From Balanoglossus misakiensis (Eukaryota; Animalia; Hemichordata): DNA of 64,000 bases. The first letter of the stretch is position 1. Every line of letters begins with the position of its first letter. Of the stretch, positions 38,096-50,385 are shown piece by piece. The translations under genes were made by a program, and so were the position numbers. The notes under the pieces are model-generated. The model was given only the letters and a program-made list of their open reading frames with translations. It was not told the DNA's origin and did no database searches. The stretch is taken from assembly GCA_040954595.2 (NCBI GenBank), contig CM082576.2, positions 15,733,028 through 15,797,027 of the forward strand, read 5' to 3'.

Positions 38096-40666
38096 ATGGA
38101 TTGGATCATCTGTTTCCTCATTTTGTGTGCCCTTTATGTACCTGTCGCCGAATCAGGTCAAGTATGTCAGTGTTCACATTATCTTTGCAATAATTGACAG
38201 TAATGTCCTCTTTACTACCATCATCAAAGGAGCAGGTATCGGATATGACTGCATGAAAATGTTTCAAACATCTGAACAAACTGTCACTATACTACAACAT
38301 TAAATAATGATAAATTCACACACATTCGCTAACATAAATAGGTACGTTAAATGAAAACGATTGTAATTCTAATACCATCTTTTTAAAAAAAAATCTCTGA
38401 TCATTTATTAATATTATCATCTCATTTTAGTACAGCTAGTGCTTTTGGGTGTTTTAAAAGTAACTAATGATATTTTAACTTGCAGGATTGGTGTAGTGGA
38501 AGTAATCCTAATGTAAGTTTTATTTCGTTGTAATATTTTGCAATATAATGTGACAGAACTCTTTGACCTCTGCACACCATCTGTGGTGTACATAGATTTT
38601 TTCTTGACTATGGCGTTATTTTCTGCACCAATATTTTCATGATTGCAGCGAGTGAAATCGCAGTAGAATATTCTTCACCGCATTTAGGATTTTGATTCGA
38701 CAACACATGCGATATCCGGCGATTTTCGTAAATTTTGAGGTTCCCAAATATAGTGACAACTGATTGTTTTTGTCTTCTGCTGAATGTCGGAATGGATTAT
38801 GAAATGATGTGCCAAAATGTCTAAAGTATCTGAACATTTCGCCAATTATAATGCTAAGTTCTAGCGTTTATGGTATATATACTGTGTTTAAAAGTTACTA
38901 TTCCCTCTTCTTCATATCTACATGTGCACTCGAACATGAAATACCTATTAAATTATTGACTACATGACTATAGTGTGCACAGAGTAATTCATCAGACAAA
39001 CATCAGAAAATGTTATATGTTATAATGAATGCAGTTTTATACTATATTTATCATAGTGGAAAACATAATTGAAAATTCAGCGAAGATATCATCGTCATAT
39101 TTTGGTATTGTCTTTATGACCATATGGAAATGGATTTATGTTTACCCATTACCTGTTTGAATGACAAACTTAAAGTTAAACCCAAATGGCTATTATGACA
39201 CTGGTGTGGGGCAATAATTTTTTATTCAACATTCATGTTACTTTATTTTCTTCGTTTTGTACTATGCTGAGACAGTATCGAGGTGAGACGAGATTTCTTT
39301 AAATATTTCCAACTTTCGTTTCTTTCCAATTGGTGTTCCAATCGAAGCTATATCAATTTGCACTTATTGTTGCTATCGTTCTGAGATGTGTAGAACAGAA
39401 ATTACCCTCAAGGAAGTTATTCAAGAGTTACTTTTTGTACTCGAAGATGTTTGTTTGCCTTGTTGTTCGTTTTTCGTCATCTTTAATGGCACCGAGTTTA
39501 AAGTATGATGTTGCTCAAACTGCTTTTTATTGATGTTGATTAAAACTTGGCTACAATGCACCATTATAAACCCCTGTATAACGAATGTACATCACAATGT
39601 TGTCAATTGTGTACTGACGTATGCCTCCATATATATTACTATAGGCACTACCACTCTTAAAACCAAAGATGACTGTATGTGCATCAAGTATACATATTTC
39701 TGTCAACAACCTGATGGTGAGTACTACGAGGACGCCGACAATTTCTGCAAAATGAAATGTCAGCTGGGAGGGACATTGGGCAGACTCGCAATGCTCAACA
39801 GTCAAGAACGGTACGACCACGTTCTGAAACATATCATCGATAACCAACTGGACAAAGAGGATTGTATTCCAAACCATGGCTTCTGGATCGGTCTGACCGA
39901 TCGCTCAACTGAAGGCAACTTCATCTGGGCTGATGGTGAGGCCTTGTGCCCAGGTGAATTTAGTGCCTGGGCTCCCGGGGAACCCAATAACAACACCAAA
40001 AAGTCCACAGAGGGACAAGATTGTGTTCAATTATGGTAAGAGAACTCTATGATATAATAACTATGATGTTATTTTATAGTTTCAGTCATATGATGTTGGT
40101 TATTACTGATTTTGTACATTCTATACAAATTTCTTAGTTTTAATGAAGTTATGCCAAATATATTAGTCTAAAATAATTCCCTTATACTTATTAGACAGCA
40201 AGTATAGAACTTTTGCTTATTCTGTGTTTAAACCTATATTTGGCATATAAGTGGTCATGAACTTTGTTACTCCTACAGGTTTCGATTTGGTCACAGTGGC
40301 TTATGGGACGATGAATATTGTTCTGTACGATCAAAGGGTTTCATATGTGAAATTCAAGGTGAGAATACGAAATCTCTTACACTTGCATCATGTGTATACA
40401 GTGTATGGATTTTAGGCTGGCAGTTAAGCCGTATATATTTTCACAGATGTGCTCTTTTAAGTGACTTGTGTGTGCCTGTGCGCGTGTGTGCATGTGTGTG
40501 TGTGTGTGAATATCAAGGAAGATTCAGAAATCTGATGATTGCGTCAAGCTTCGTGCAGTCTCAGGAAGAATCGTTGCTTTATGTATACTTGTAACGTTTA
40601 CTATATTCATACGAACTTTGCAATTATTTGTTTGCAGATCCAGGTTGCACCTCTTATGGCAAGTAA
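38096..40666 (+). pseudogene. C-type lectin copy 3 (EPN); same 4-bp deletion
   Basis: Main exon starts at 39645 in phase 1; domain open; several private substitutions (AMLNSQERYDHVLKH). Confidence 0.7.
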
Positions 40667-41398
40667 AGCAAAGGACAAGGCAAAATTCTTCATGGAGGAA
40701 ACCACTGTGACAACTAGCCATGCGCCAGTCAAATATATGATTTGAGTTTAGACAACTTATTTGCAATAGCATGCAAATATTGCAATTCATTATATTAGAT
40801 GGAGCAGAACTTACATTTTAGTGAAGGATTACCCAGAAGTTTGTCGATTTAGAATTCTATTAGAAATAAAGTATAAATTAACTGCAGATCATGTTGTGTA
40901 AGGCTTCATTTATTTGTAAGCATATATCAGGTTTTCCTGTTGAATGAGAACTTTGCACGGACCCTCCATCAGTTATGAGAACAATTCGAATTAGGCCTAT
41001 TATACTTATAGACAACCAAGCAATATCTTACACACTATTTTAGGTAAAACTGAATTAAAAGTCAAATATTCACATTACATTGCAATTTGAATAATCATGA
41101 TTACTGGTTGATGTGGCCACACTGAGACCACACTTCCATAAAATGTGCCACATCTAACTAACAATGTAAGTTTTCCCACCATATTTGCCATAGTCCCTGC
41201 ATACTCACGAAAATCAAAAGTAAGAATGAATGACAATAAAAGTTATAAACCTTAGGATATTCCCGAATTAACGGAGAATATAAAACAAGCCTTGCTTCGA
41301 GTCTGGCGTTATCACCATTGCGTACATGTATATAGTCTTACCATAATGAACTTTTATATGGCAGGTATATGTTTTGATTCACGTGGCAATTGCATTAA

Positions 41399-41583
41399 AG
41401 GTATACGGTCATCAATGGAAAATTAGCTATAGTAACCATGGCAAATTGAGATATATTCAATCATAGATTTTCAGTGGGTGGCACACGCGAAAAAAAGAGC
41501 GCCACCATATGTTCTTCAGAACGCTTAAATTCTCCTTTCCAGCCATATGTGGGCGTATGTAATTTGGAGGTGACTGTATACCT
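41399..41583. mobile_element. TTAA MITE, copy c (co-duplicated with the array)
   Basis: Same sequence and site as 32985-33169. Confidence 0.9.
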
Positions 41584-42293
41584 TTAAGTGGCCAGACAAA
41601 CATGACTTTTCTTCAAGCATAACTCTCTGGAACAAACACACCTAACAATGTACACATCTAACAAAGAAAATGCCTTATGTTTTGAAGCTTAATTTCATCA
41701 GGATTTTCATAGGAAAATCTCTTGCTTATTTAATATTCTAAAAGAGAAAAAACCTTATGTTTTAAAGATTTATTTCATTGTGCGTTAAAATCTCCAGGAT
41801 TCATTTCTAACTATTGGCCATGTGATGTATACTATAAATTAACTGACTGTATCATGTATTTCTTACTACCACATAACCTTCCCCGGCGATTTGTCTAAGA
41901 AGACTTCTACTGCTATTTCAGGTAAGAAATCATGATTTTATTTGCTGGACATATTCTCTTAGTTGTCAGTTTATATTGAAAATTTGCAAGCTACTTTATT
42001 GCAATACACACCTATGTTATAATGTTCAAATGGTATGTACTGCTTGGCGTGTTTCTATGTTTGTGTGCTTCCTTTAATATTGTCCTTAAAGTAAAATGGC
42101 CCATGGTAAGATATTATACATGTCTGTCGATTTTAAAACTACGTTTGTAAATTGAAGATTACATCTAAAGAATTAACTAGCTGAAATTTAGAAATCTATC
42201 AGCGAATTCCTTAATCCAGCATGATTAATTTCTGTTGATATTGTTATAATCCTCAAACACTTTCTCTGCTGTTTATCTCTCAGAAAGAACGCG

Positions 42294-44863
42294 ATGTATT
42301 GGATCATCTGTTTCCTGATTGTCTGTGCCCTTTATGTACCTGTCGCCGAATCAGGTCAAGTATGTCAGTGTTCACATTACCTTTGCAATAATTGACAGTA
42401 ATGTCCTCTTTACTACCATCATCAAAGTAGCACGTATCGGATATGACTGCATGAAAATGTTTCAAACATCTGAACAAACTGTCACTACACTACAACATTA
42501 AATAATGATAAATTCACACACATTCGCTAACATAAATAGGTACGTTAAATGCATTAACTAATACCATCTTTTTTTTTAAAAAATCTCTGATCATTTATTA
42601 ATATTATCATCTCATTTTAGTACAGCTAGTGCTTTTGGGTGTTTTAAAAGTAACTAATGATATTTTAACTTGCAGGATTGGTGTAGTGGAAGTAATCCTA
42701 ATGTAAGTTTTATTTCGTTGTAATATTTTGCAATATAATGTGACAGAACTCTTTGACCTCTGCACACCATCTGTGGTGTACATAGATTTTTTCTTGACTA
42801 TGGCGTTATTTTCTGCACCAATATTTTCATGATTGCAGCGAGTGAAATCGCAGTAGAATATTCTTCACCGCATTTAGGATTTTGATTCGACAACACATGC
42901 GATATCCGGCGATTTTCGTAAATTTTGAGGTTCCCAAATATAGTGACAACTGATTGTTTTTGTCTTATGCTGAATGTCGGAATGGATTATGAAATGATGT
43001 GCCAAAATGTCTAAAGTATCTGAACATTTCGCCAGTTATAATGCTAAGTTCTAGCGTTTATGGTATATATACTGTGTTTAAAAGTTACTATTCCCTCTTC
43101 TTCATATCTACATGTGCACTCGAACATGAAATACCTATTAAATTATTGACTACATGACTATAGTGTGCACAGAGTAATTCATCAGACAAACATCAGAAAA
43201 TGTTATATGTTATAATGAATGCAGTTTTATACTATATTTATCATAGTGGAAAACATAATTGAAAATTCAGCGAAGATATCATCGTCATGGTATTGTCTTT
43301 ATGACCATATGGAAATGGATTTATGTTTACCCATTACCTGTTTTGAATGACAAACTTAAAGTTAAACCCAAATGGCTATTATGACACTGGTGTGGGGCAA
43401 TACTTTTGTATTCAACATTCATGTTACTTTATTTTCTTCGTTTTGTACTATGCTGAGACAGTATCGAGGTGAGACGAGATTTCTTTACATATTTCCAACT
43501 TTCGTTTCTTTCCAATGCATACAAAAATTGGTGTTCCAATCGAAGCTATATCAATTTGCACTTATTGTTGCTATCGTTCTGAGATGTGTAGAACAGAAAT
43601 TACCCTCAAGGAAGTTATTCAAGAGTTACTTTTTGTACTCGAAGATGTTTGTTTGCCTTGTTGTTCGTTTTTCGTCATCTTTAATGGCACCGAGTTTAAA
43701 GTATGATGTTGCTCAAACTGCTTTCTATTGATGTTGATTTAAACTAGGCTACAATGCACCATTTATATTGGACATAAACCCCTGTATTATGCATGAATGT
43801 ACATTGCAATGTTGTCAATTGTGTACTGACGTATGCCTCCATATATATTACTATAGGCACCACCACTCTTAAAACCAAAGATGACTGTATGTGCATCAAG
43901 TATACATATTTCTGTCAACAACCTGATGGTGAGTACTACGAGGACGCCGACAATTTCTGCAAAATGAAATGTCAGCTGGGAGGGACATTTGGCAGACTTG
44001 CAGTTCTCAACAATCAAGAACGCTATGAGCATGTGCTGAACTATATCATCGATAACCAACTGGACAACGAGGATTGTATTCCAAACCACGGCTTCTGGAT
44101 CGGTCTGACCGATCGCTCCACAGAAGGCAACTTCATCTGGGCTTATGGTGAGGCCTTGTGCCCAGGTGAATTTAGTGCCTGGGCTCCCGGGGAACCCAAT
44201 AAAAGTCAACAGAGGGACAAGATTGTGTTCAATTATGGTAAGAGAACTCTATGATATAATAACTATGATGTTATTTTATAGTTTCAGTCATATGATGTTG
44301 GTTATTACTGATTTTGTACATTCTATACAAATTTCTTAGTTTTAATGAAGTTATGCCAAATATATTAGTCTAAAATAATTCCCTTATACTTATTAGACAG
44401 CAAGTATAGAACTTTTGCTTATTCTGTGTTTAAACCTATATTTGGCATATAATATTGTTACTCCTACAGGTTTCGATTTGGTCACAATGGCTTATGGGAT
44501 GATGATTATTGTGCTGTACGATCAAAGGGTTTCATATGTGAAATTCAAGGTGAGAATACGAAATATCTTACGTTTGCATCATGTGTATACAGTGTATGGA
44601 TTTTAGGCTGGCAGTTAAGCCGTATATATTTTCACAGATGTGCTTTTTTTAAGTGACTGCGTGTGTGTGCCTGTGCGCGTGTGTGCATGTGTGTGTGTGT
44701 GTGAATATCAAGGAAGATTCAGAAATCTGATGATTGCGTCAAGCTTAGTGCAGTCTCAGTATGAATCATGTTGCTTTATGTATACTTGTAACGTTTACTA
44801 TATTCATACGAACTTTGCAATTATTTGTTTGCAGATCCAGGTTGCACCTCTTTTGGAGGTTAG
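42294..44863 (+). pseudogene. C-type lectin copy 4; 4-bp deletion plus a 10-bp deletion after EPN
   Basis: CCCAATAAAAGTCAACAG (~44195-44212) vs CCCAATAACAACACCAAAAAGTCCACAG in copies 2-3 shifts the frame before the conserved Cys; WADG changed to WAYG. Confidence 0.88.
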
Positions 44864-46875
44864 ATAGTCATATGCCACCAGGCAAGTAAACCAATGGACA
44901 AGGCAGAATTCTTCATGGAGCAAACCACTGTGACAACTAGCCTGTCAAATATATGATTTGAGCTTAGACAACTTACTTGCAATAGCATGCAGATATTGTA
45001 ATTCATTATATTTGATGGAGCAGAACTTACATTTTAGTGAATGAAGGATTATGTCGATTTAGAATGCTATTAGAAATAAAGTACAAATTAACTGCATGTC
45101 ATGTTGTGTAAGACTTCATTTATTTGTAAGCATATATCAGGTTTTCCTGTTGAATGAGAACTTAGCATGGCCCTTTATCAATTATGAGAACAATTCGAAT
45201 TAGGTCTATTATACTTATAGACAACCGAGCAATATCTTGCACAAAATTTTAGGTAAAACTGAATTGAAAGTAAATTATTCACTATTAGAATGAAAACATT
45301 TTTTTCACAATAACAATGTCAATTATGCAAATACAGTGGTGACCCTATACCTTTAAGTCTGGTCGATGTAATGTGAAAATGATCCTGCATGCATTCATGT
45401 AAATTCTATTAATGCTTCTCATGTGTGGAATGAGGTGACCAGGAACATAACAGGTGCCAAGTAGGACTGAATGAGCGTATATTGTGTACTTTCCATTGAA
45501 ATTGTGATTGTCAGTGGCATTTCTGATGATCACCTTTAACGGTCAATTCAAGGCAAGCAGTGGTCAAGCATATAGTTGCCAACAGAGGGATATATTTATA
45601 TTTTCATTATTTGACTATATAAAAGTAATTCGCGGATATTTAAGACGTGGTTTACATTTGTCTTGACCAGCATGAGAATATCCCCTGGAATGTAAATTGA
45701 ATTCGAATAATCATGATGGATGTGGCCATACTGAGACCACGCTTCCATAAAATGTGCCACATCTAACCATTTTCCACATATAGTCCCTGCATACACATGA
45801 AAATCAAAAGTAAGACTGAATGACAATAAAACATATAAAACAAGTCTTGCTTCGTGTCTTACGTTTTTACCATTGCGTATATAGTCTTACCATAATGAAC
45901 TTTCATATGGCAAGTATATTTTTTTATTCGCGTGGCAATTGCATTAAGTGGCCAGACAAACATGATTTTTCTTCAGGCATAACTCTCTGGAACAAACACA
46001 TCTAACAAAGTACACATCTAACAAAGAAAATGCCTTATGTTTTGAAGCTTAATTTCATCAGGATTTTCATAGGCAAATCTCTTTGTTATTTAAAATTCTA
46101 ACAGAGAAAAGACCGTATGTTTTGAAGCTTTATTCTATATCATGGGTTAAACATCTCCTGGATTCAATTCAAATTATTGGCCGGGCGGTGTACAGTCCGT
46201 CAATATTGACAGACTGTATCATGTATTTCTTACAACCATATAACCTGCCCCAGCAGTTTGGTTTTTAGAAGACATCTACAACTATTTGTAATACAATTCT
46301 TATGCCAAATGTATTGATCATCGGCAACTGGATCAATCAATAAGAAGACAAAATATCACTCCGTCATTGTTAAAAGGCAAGGCATCTTCTGGGGTACTCG
46401 TGAGTCATCTTGGGTAACATAGGATAATGATCAACGATGCAATTTCGGAGACACCCGAATCTTTAAAATTTCGTGATCTTGAAGAAGATTATTGGGCTAA
46501 ACTCAATTACCCTGAAATGAGAAAAAAATACTGCAAGATGGCATATACATCATTGGTTGAGCAACGTTCTAAGATACAGAATGATTATCCGTAAACCCCA
46601 ATTAGCACTGAAAAAGGTTAACGCAATTTAAAACTGGTACGACCAAATTTAGCATAATTATAATTATGTTACCATTTTGCCAGATCTCGCGAGACTTGGT
46701 ATGACTGTAGTGCTATCCAAGTAATATATGTAAATACATGTTGTGGAATGGGGGGATAGGCTACACCCGGTCGAGCATACATGTATGAACATATAAGCTA
46801 AGACGACCAGAGTACGATCTCATAACTAGTTAAAATGACATCATCAAGTTAATCGGCGTTGTGGTGTTATAGGGC

Positions 46876-49800
46876 TCAGCCATTCCCAGTGCTAACCTGT
46901 TTTCTCAGGTTCTTATTGCTCTTGGCTTTGACTACCCGTGTTTTGCATGGTTGCTTTACACTTACCATTGTGACCGAAACTTCTCGTGAAATGTGCTGGT
47001 TCACTGTTATATGCTGGTTCACTACTACCGGAGCACTTTGTGGCACAGATAGAGACGGTGCGGGCGCACTTTGAAAACAAAAAGTATATAGTAATATCAC
47101 TTTTAAAATGACAATGAAATGTATGGTTTTCAGATGTTTTAAATACTTAGCATATGTAAAAATATTATGTGGCTTAGGTGTTTAGACAGGATGAGAAATC
47201 ATGATATTCACAGCCCCGGAGTTTAAAGGTGAAATAACCTTTGAACATCAACATGAAATACTGAATTTCTTTTTTAACGTTCACAGTTCTCTTAAAACAT
47301 GAATTACTTACTCATCGCTTGTCTGACCTACAAGAAATAATATGAAAACAAATCATTTTGTTTTTGCAATCCTCATCAACTTACTGTCTTTTAACAAATA
47401 TTAGAAATGTGGAAAAGTATGGTATACTAATGAACATATTCACGATATAGTATCAAATCATGTTGAAAAAATACAGTTTCTTAAGAATGCAATCTGATGT
47501 AAGCTAATAAAAATTAGGAAAAATAAGTATGCCCATTACTTTGTGGTTTTCCCTTACTTTGAAAACAATGGTAAATTTTATATCCGACAATAAGGAAGAA
47601 TTTCTTACGTTTTCTACACCAAAAGTATGCTACTATTCCCAATATCACCATAATGATGAAGAGTGATAAATACGATAATGATGAATTGGCCGAGCGCCTC
47701 ACACTTCGTTCTGTTGGAGAGAAAAAAAAAACAATAAAAATGGCGAGAAGCATTAGGGTTTGGTTGCATCTGCTCAACTCTACCCCACTTACACCACGTG
47801 GTTATCACAGAATCAATCTTTATGTCAACATTAGCAAATATTATGAATGAATACTTTATTTCACCAGATGCTTCACAGTATAACCGTTGATAAAAGTAAA
47901 TAAAGGGTATTGCTGAGGCACTAAGTCAAAAACAAAACAGGATGGGAACACTATTGTAAAATTGTACGATCTGGTGGGGACCACGAAAATAGTCGAATAC
48001 GACTAGTCGAGTTCATGACCCTTGTATCGTGTAGTGTACACACCACATTAGCACTGCTGCAACTACTTTCAGAACCATTTTACAACAAACTGTATCCTAG
48101 AAACATCTTTTTTACATGCTGAGCTTAATTCGGCAGTCAATTTCATGAAATACAGCATTCCAAGTACATGTCTGTTTTCTCCTGAACACACGGGATACTG
48201 CAGGGGGTCCCATTTCTAGGATCCTTATTGGTTCAGTTCGTAGCTAAACCCATGGAAAATGTCAAAAAATGAAAAAAAAATCACAAAAATTAGAAAAGTC
48301 AGGACATTGTCATTATGACAAAATGATTTTGTCATATTTGGAAATTTTTCATGGTTTTATAAACCATGAAAATTGTCAGAAAATGACAAATTCCATATTT
48401 TGAAATTTTCATGGGTTATAGCTTATTGGACACTGTGTTTCTAGAACCAGTCGTGCCCCCAACAAATTGAATAGTCACCCCTTAATGATCCATCACATTT
48501 CACCTGAGGACTTTCAGCTCATATCTGGTAGCATTTCAAATTTAAAATCTGGACAAGTCGACCATACATATGTGAGCACTCTTACATCCGAATACTAAAA
48601 TTAATATGGTCTTTTTATAAAAGGGTGAATGCTGTGTACGTGTGTCGCTGAATGATGAATGGGCATACCATTATAAATACCATAATGTGAGGTCGTCCCG
48701 GGGTCATGATCTCAAGTGACGTATTGAATCCCCATCGTAAATTTCATGTCTTATGTCTAAGATATCATTCGTTGATATCGTACCTGTTACTAATAGTTGG
48801 CCATGCGGTGGAGATGGTTTCAAATCTGATCTTGTCCAGCAATCATAGTATGCCTCCAAGTCCTTTGTAGCAGACAGGATTGTCAAAGTCCAAGTGGTGT
48901 TGTCCGGCAGGTCACTCTTTTCTACACGAAACTGCCAAATGGCCCAATCGTCTACCATGCGAATTTCTCCACTACTGGAAACGTAGGCAATGTGCCTCCA
49001 ACAAAGACCATCACTGTCGTTTCTACAAGATCCCCAGACGACGTCTTCTGGTTCGGTCAGCACATTCTCATCATACCAATCCACGCTGCAGTTGAACACT
49101 GCTTCACTATACTCTTCGACCTGGACAGTGTTTTCCGGCCCGGCAATGATTGCTGTTGAAATGACGCCCTGAATAAAAGCTAAAACACATCACAAGAAAG
49201 GGAATTGTTATATCAACATGGTGTTTGATAACTTGATGGCATGGATCAAAAGTCCGCACTTGTTCCCTCAAACTCCACAGTCATAATTAATTGGAATTTT
49301 GTAGACAGTTTGGGCACTTCCTTTTGTGTCATTTCACCCCAGCTCTGCTCAATCTGGTTCATAACATTGATTGATCAAAAGATATATGAAAATACCTTTG
49401 TGTGCAGCTTATTTTCAGATTCACGAAAATCACGAGGATGATTGATAATCAATATGAATTACCTTAGTACACAAACTTTTTTCTCTAAGTCACAGAAAAA
49501 GTGATTATAAAAAAATTCATCCAACTTTCAACATACTGCTATCATATTATAGCAATGCAACTGGTCCACATAATAGTGTTATGGTTAATATACGCCGATA
49601 AAAAAGTTTCTGCTTGACCATTATCATATAGTGAACGAAACACCGAACATTTTTTTACTTTCTCTTTCAGTTTTATTTTTTCCGCGTTTATCACGATGGT
49701 GCACGAATGAGGTTAGTTGATTAACAGTTTTGTCAACTCTTTGACACATTTATTTGGAGTTGCCACGCACGCTATGCCGAATGTAAACAGTGGAGTTATG

Positions 49801-50385
49801 GGCCGCCCAAGCGATAACTTTTTGAAACTGACAATGTCAGTAGTTCAATGGTTGTAAAACTGAAATATTGGTACTCTGCCTGCCTGCCTGCCTGTTTGTT
49901 TGTCTGACTTATTGACTGCCAGTCCCCGTTTGATTGTTTGATTGATTGTTGTTTGTCGAATACTTAAAACCTCAAAAGTAAATGTTTACTCACGGCCCTG
50001 GTATGGACGGACCCACCCCATGACATGCGCTTTTGCAGACCACCTAAAACTCCGTTTTTACTTCGTTTTACAAAAACGCCACATGATTTCTGCTGCAAAT
50101 TAGTTCATTAACAAGGATGGGCAGTTTTCCCGTTGGCCTTCCGTTCAATTTTATGACTCTGTAACGTTTATTACCAAAATTGCACTCTTAGTATAACGTC
50201 TTCAACAGTACGTAACAGAACAACAGACTCTTATGAAATTCGATAAAGATAACGATACGTTGACGCATCAACGATTTTAGCGCCCGAATTGGACAGAAAA
50301 TGAAAATATAATGATACTTACATGTACCAGCCACCCATATGATTACAATCAGTGTGGCAAAGCTTATTGGGAATCGTTCTGTCAT
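46876..50385 (-). CDS. Single-Ig-domain type-I membrane protein, 6 exons, ~269 aa
   Basis: Exons 50385-50322 (signal peptide), 50043-49994, 49168-48784 (Ig: FNCSV..VVW..LTILSATKDLEAYYDC), 47710-47609 (TM, then CRK), 47327-47312, 47068-46876; total 810 nt, all GT/AG and phase-consistent. Confidence 0.85.

Larger units (their letters stand above)
28630..46290 (+). repeat. Tandem segmental array, ~4.1-4.2 kb period: four lectin gene units plus a truncated fifth upstream region
   Basis: Start codons at 29806, 33880, 38096 and 42294 (spacing 4074, 4216, 4198); introns and spacers align closely. Confidence 0.95.
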
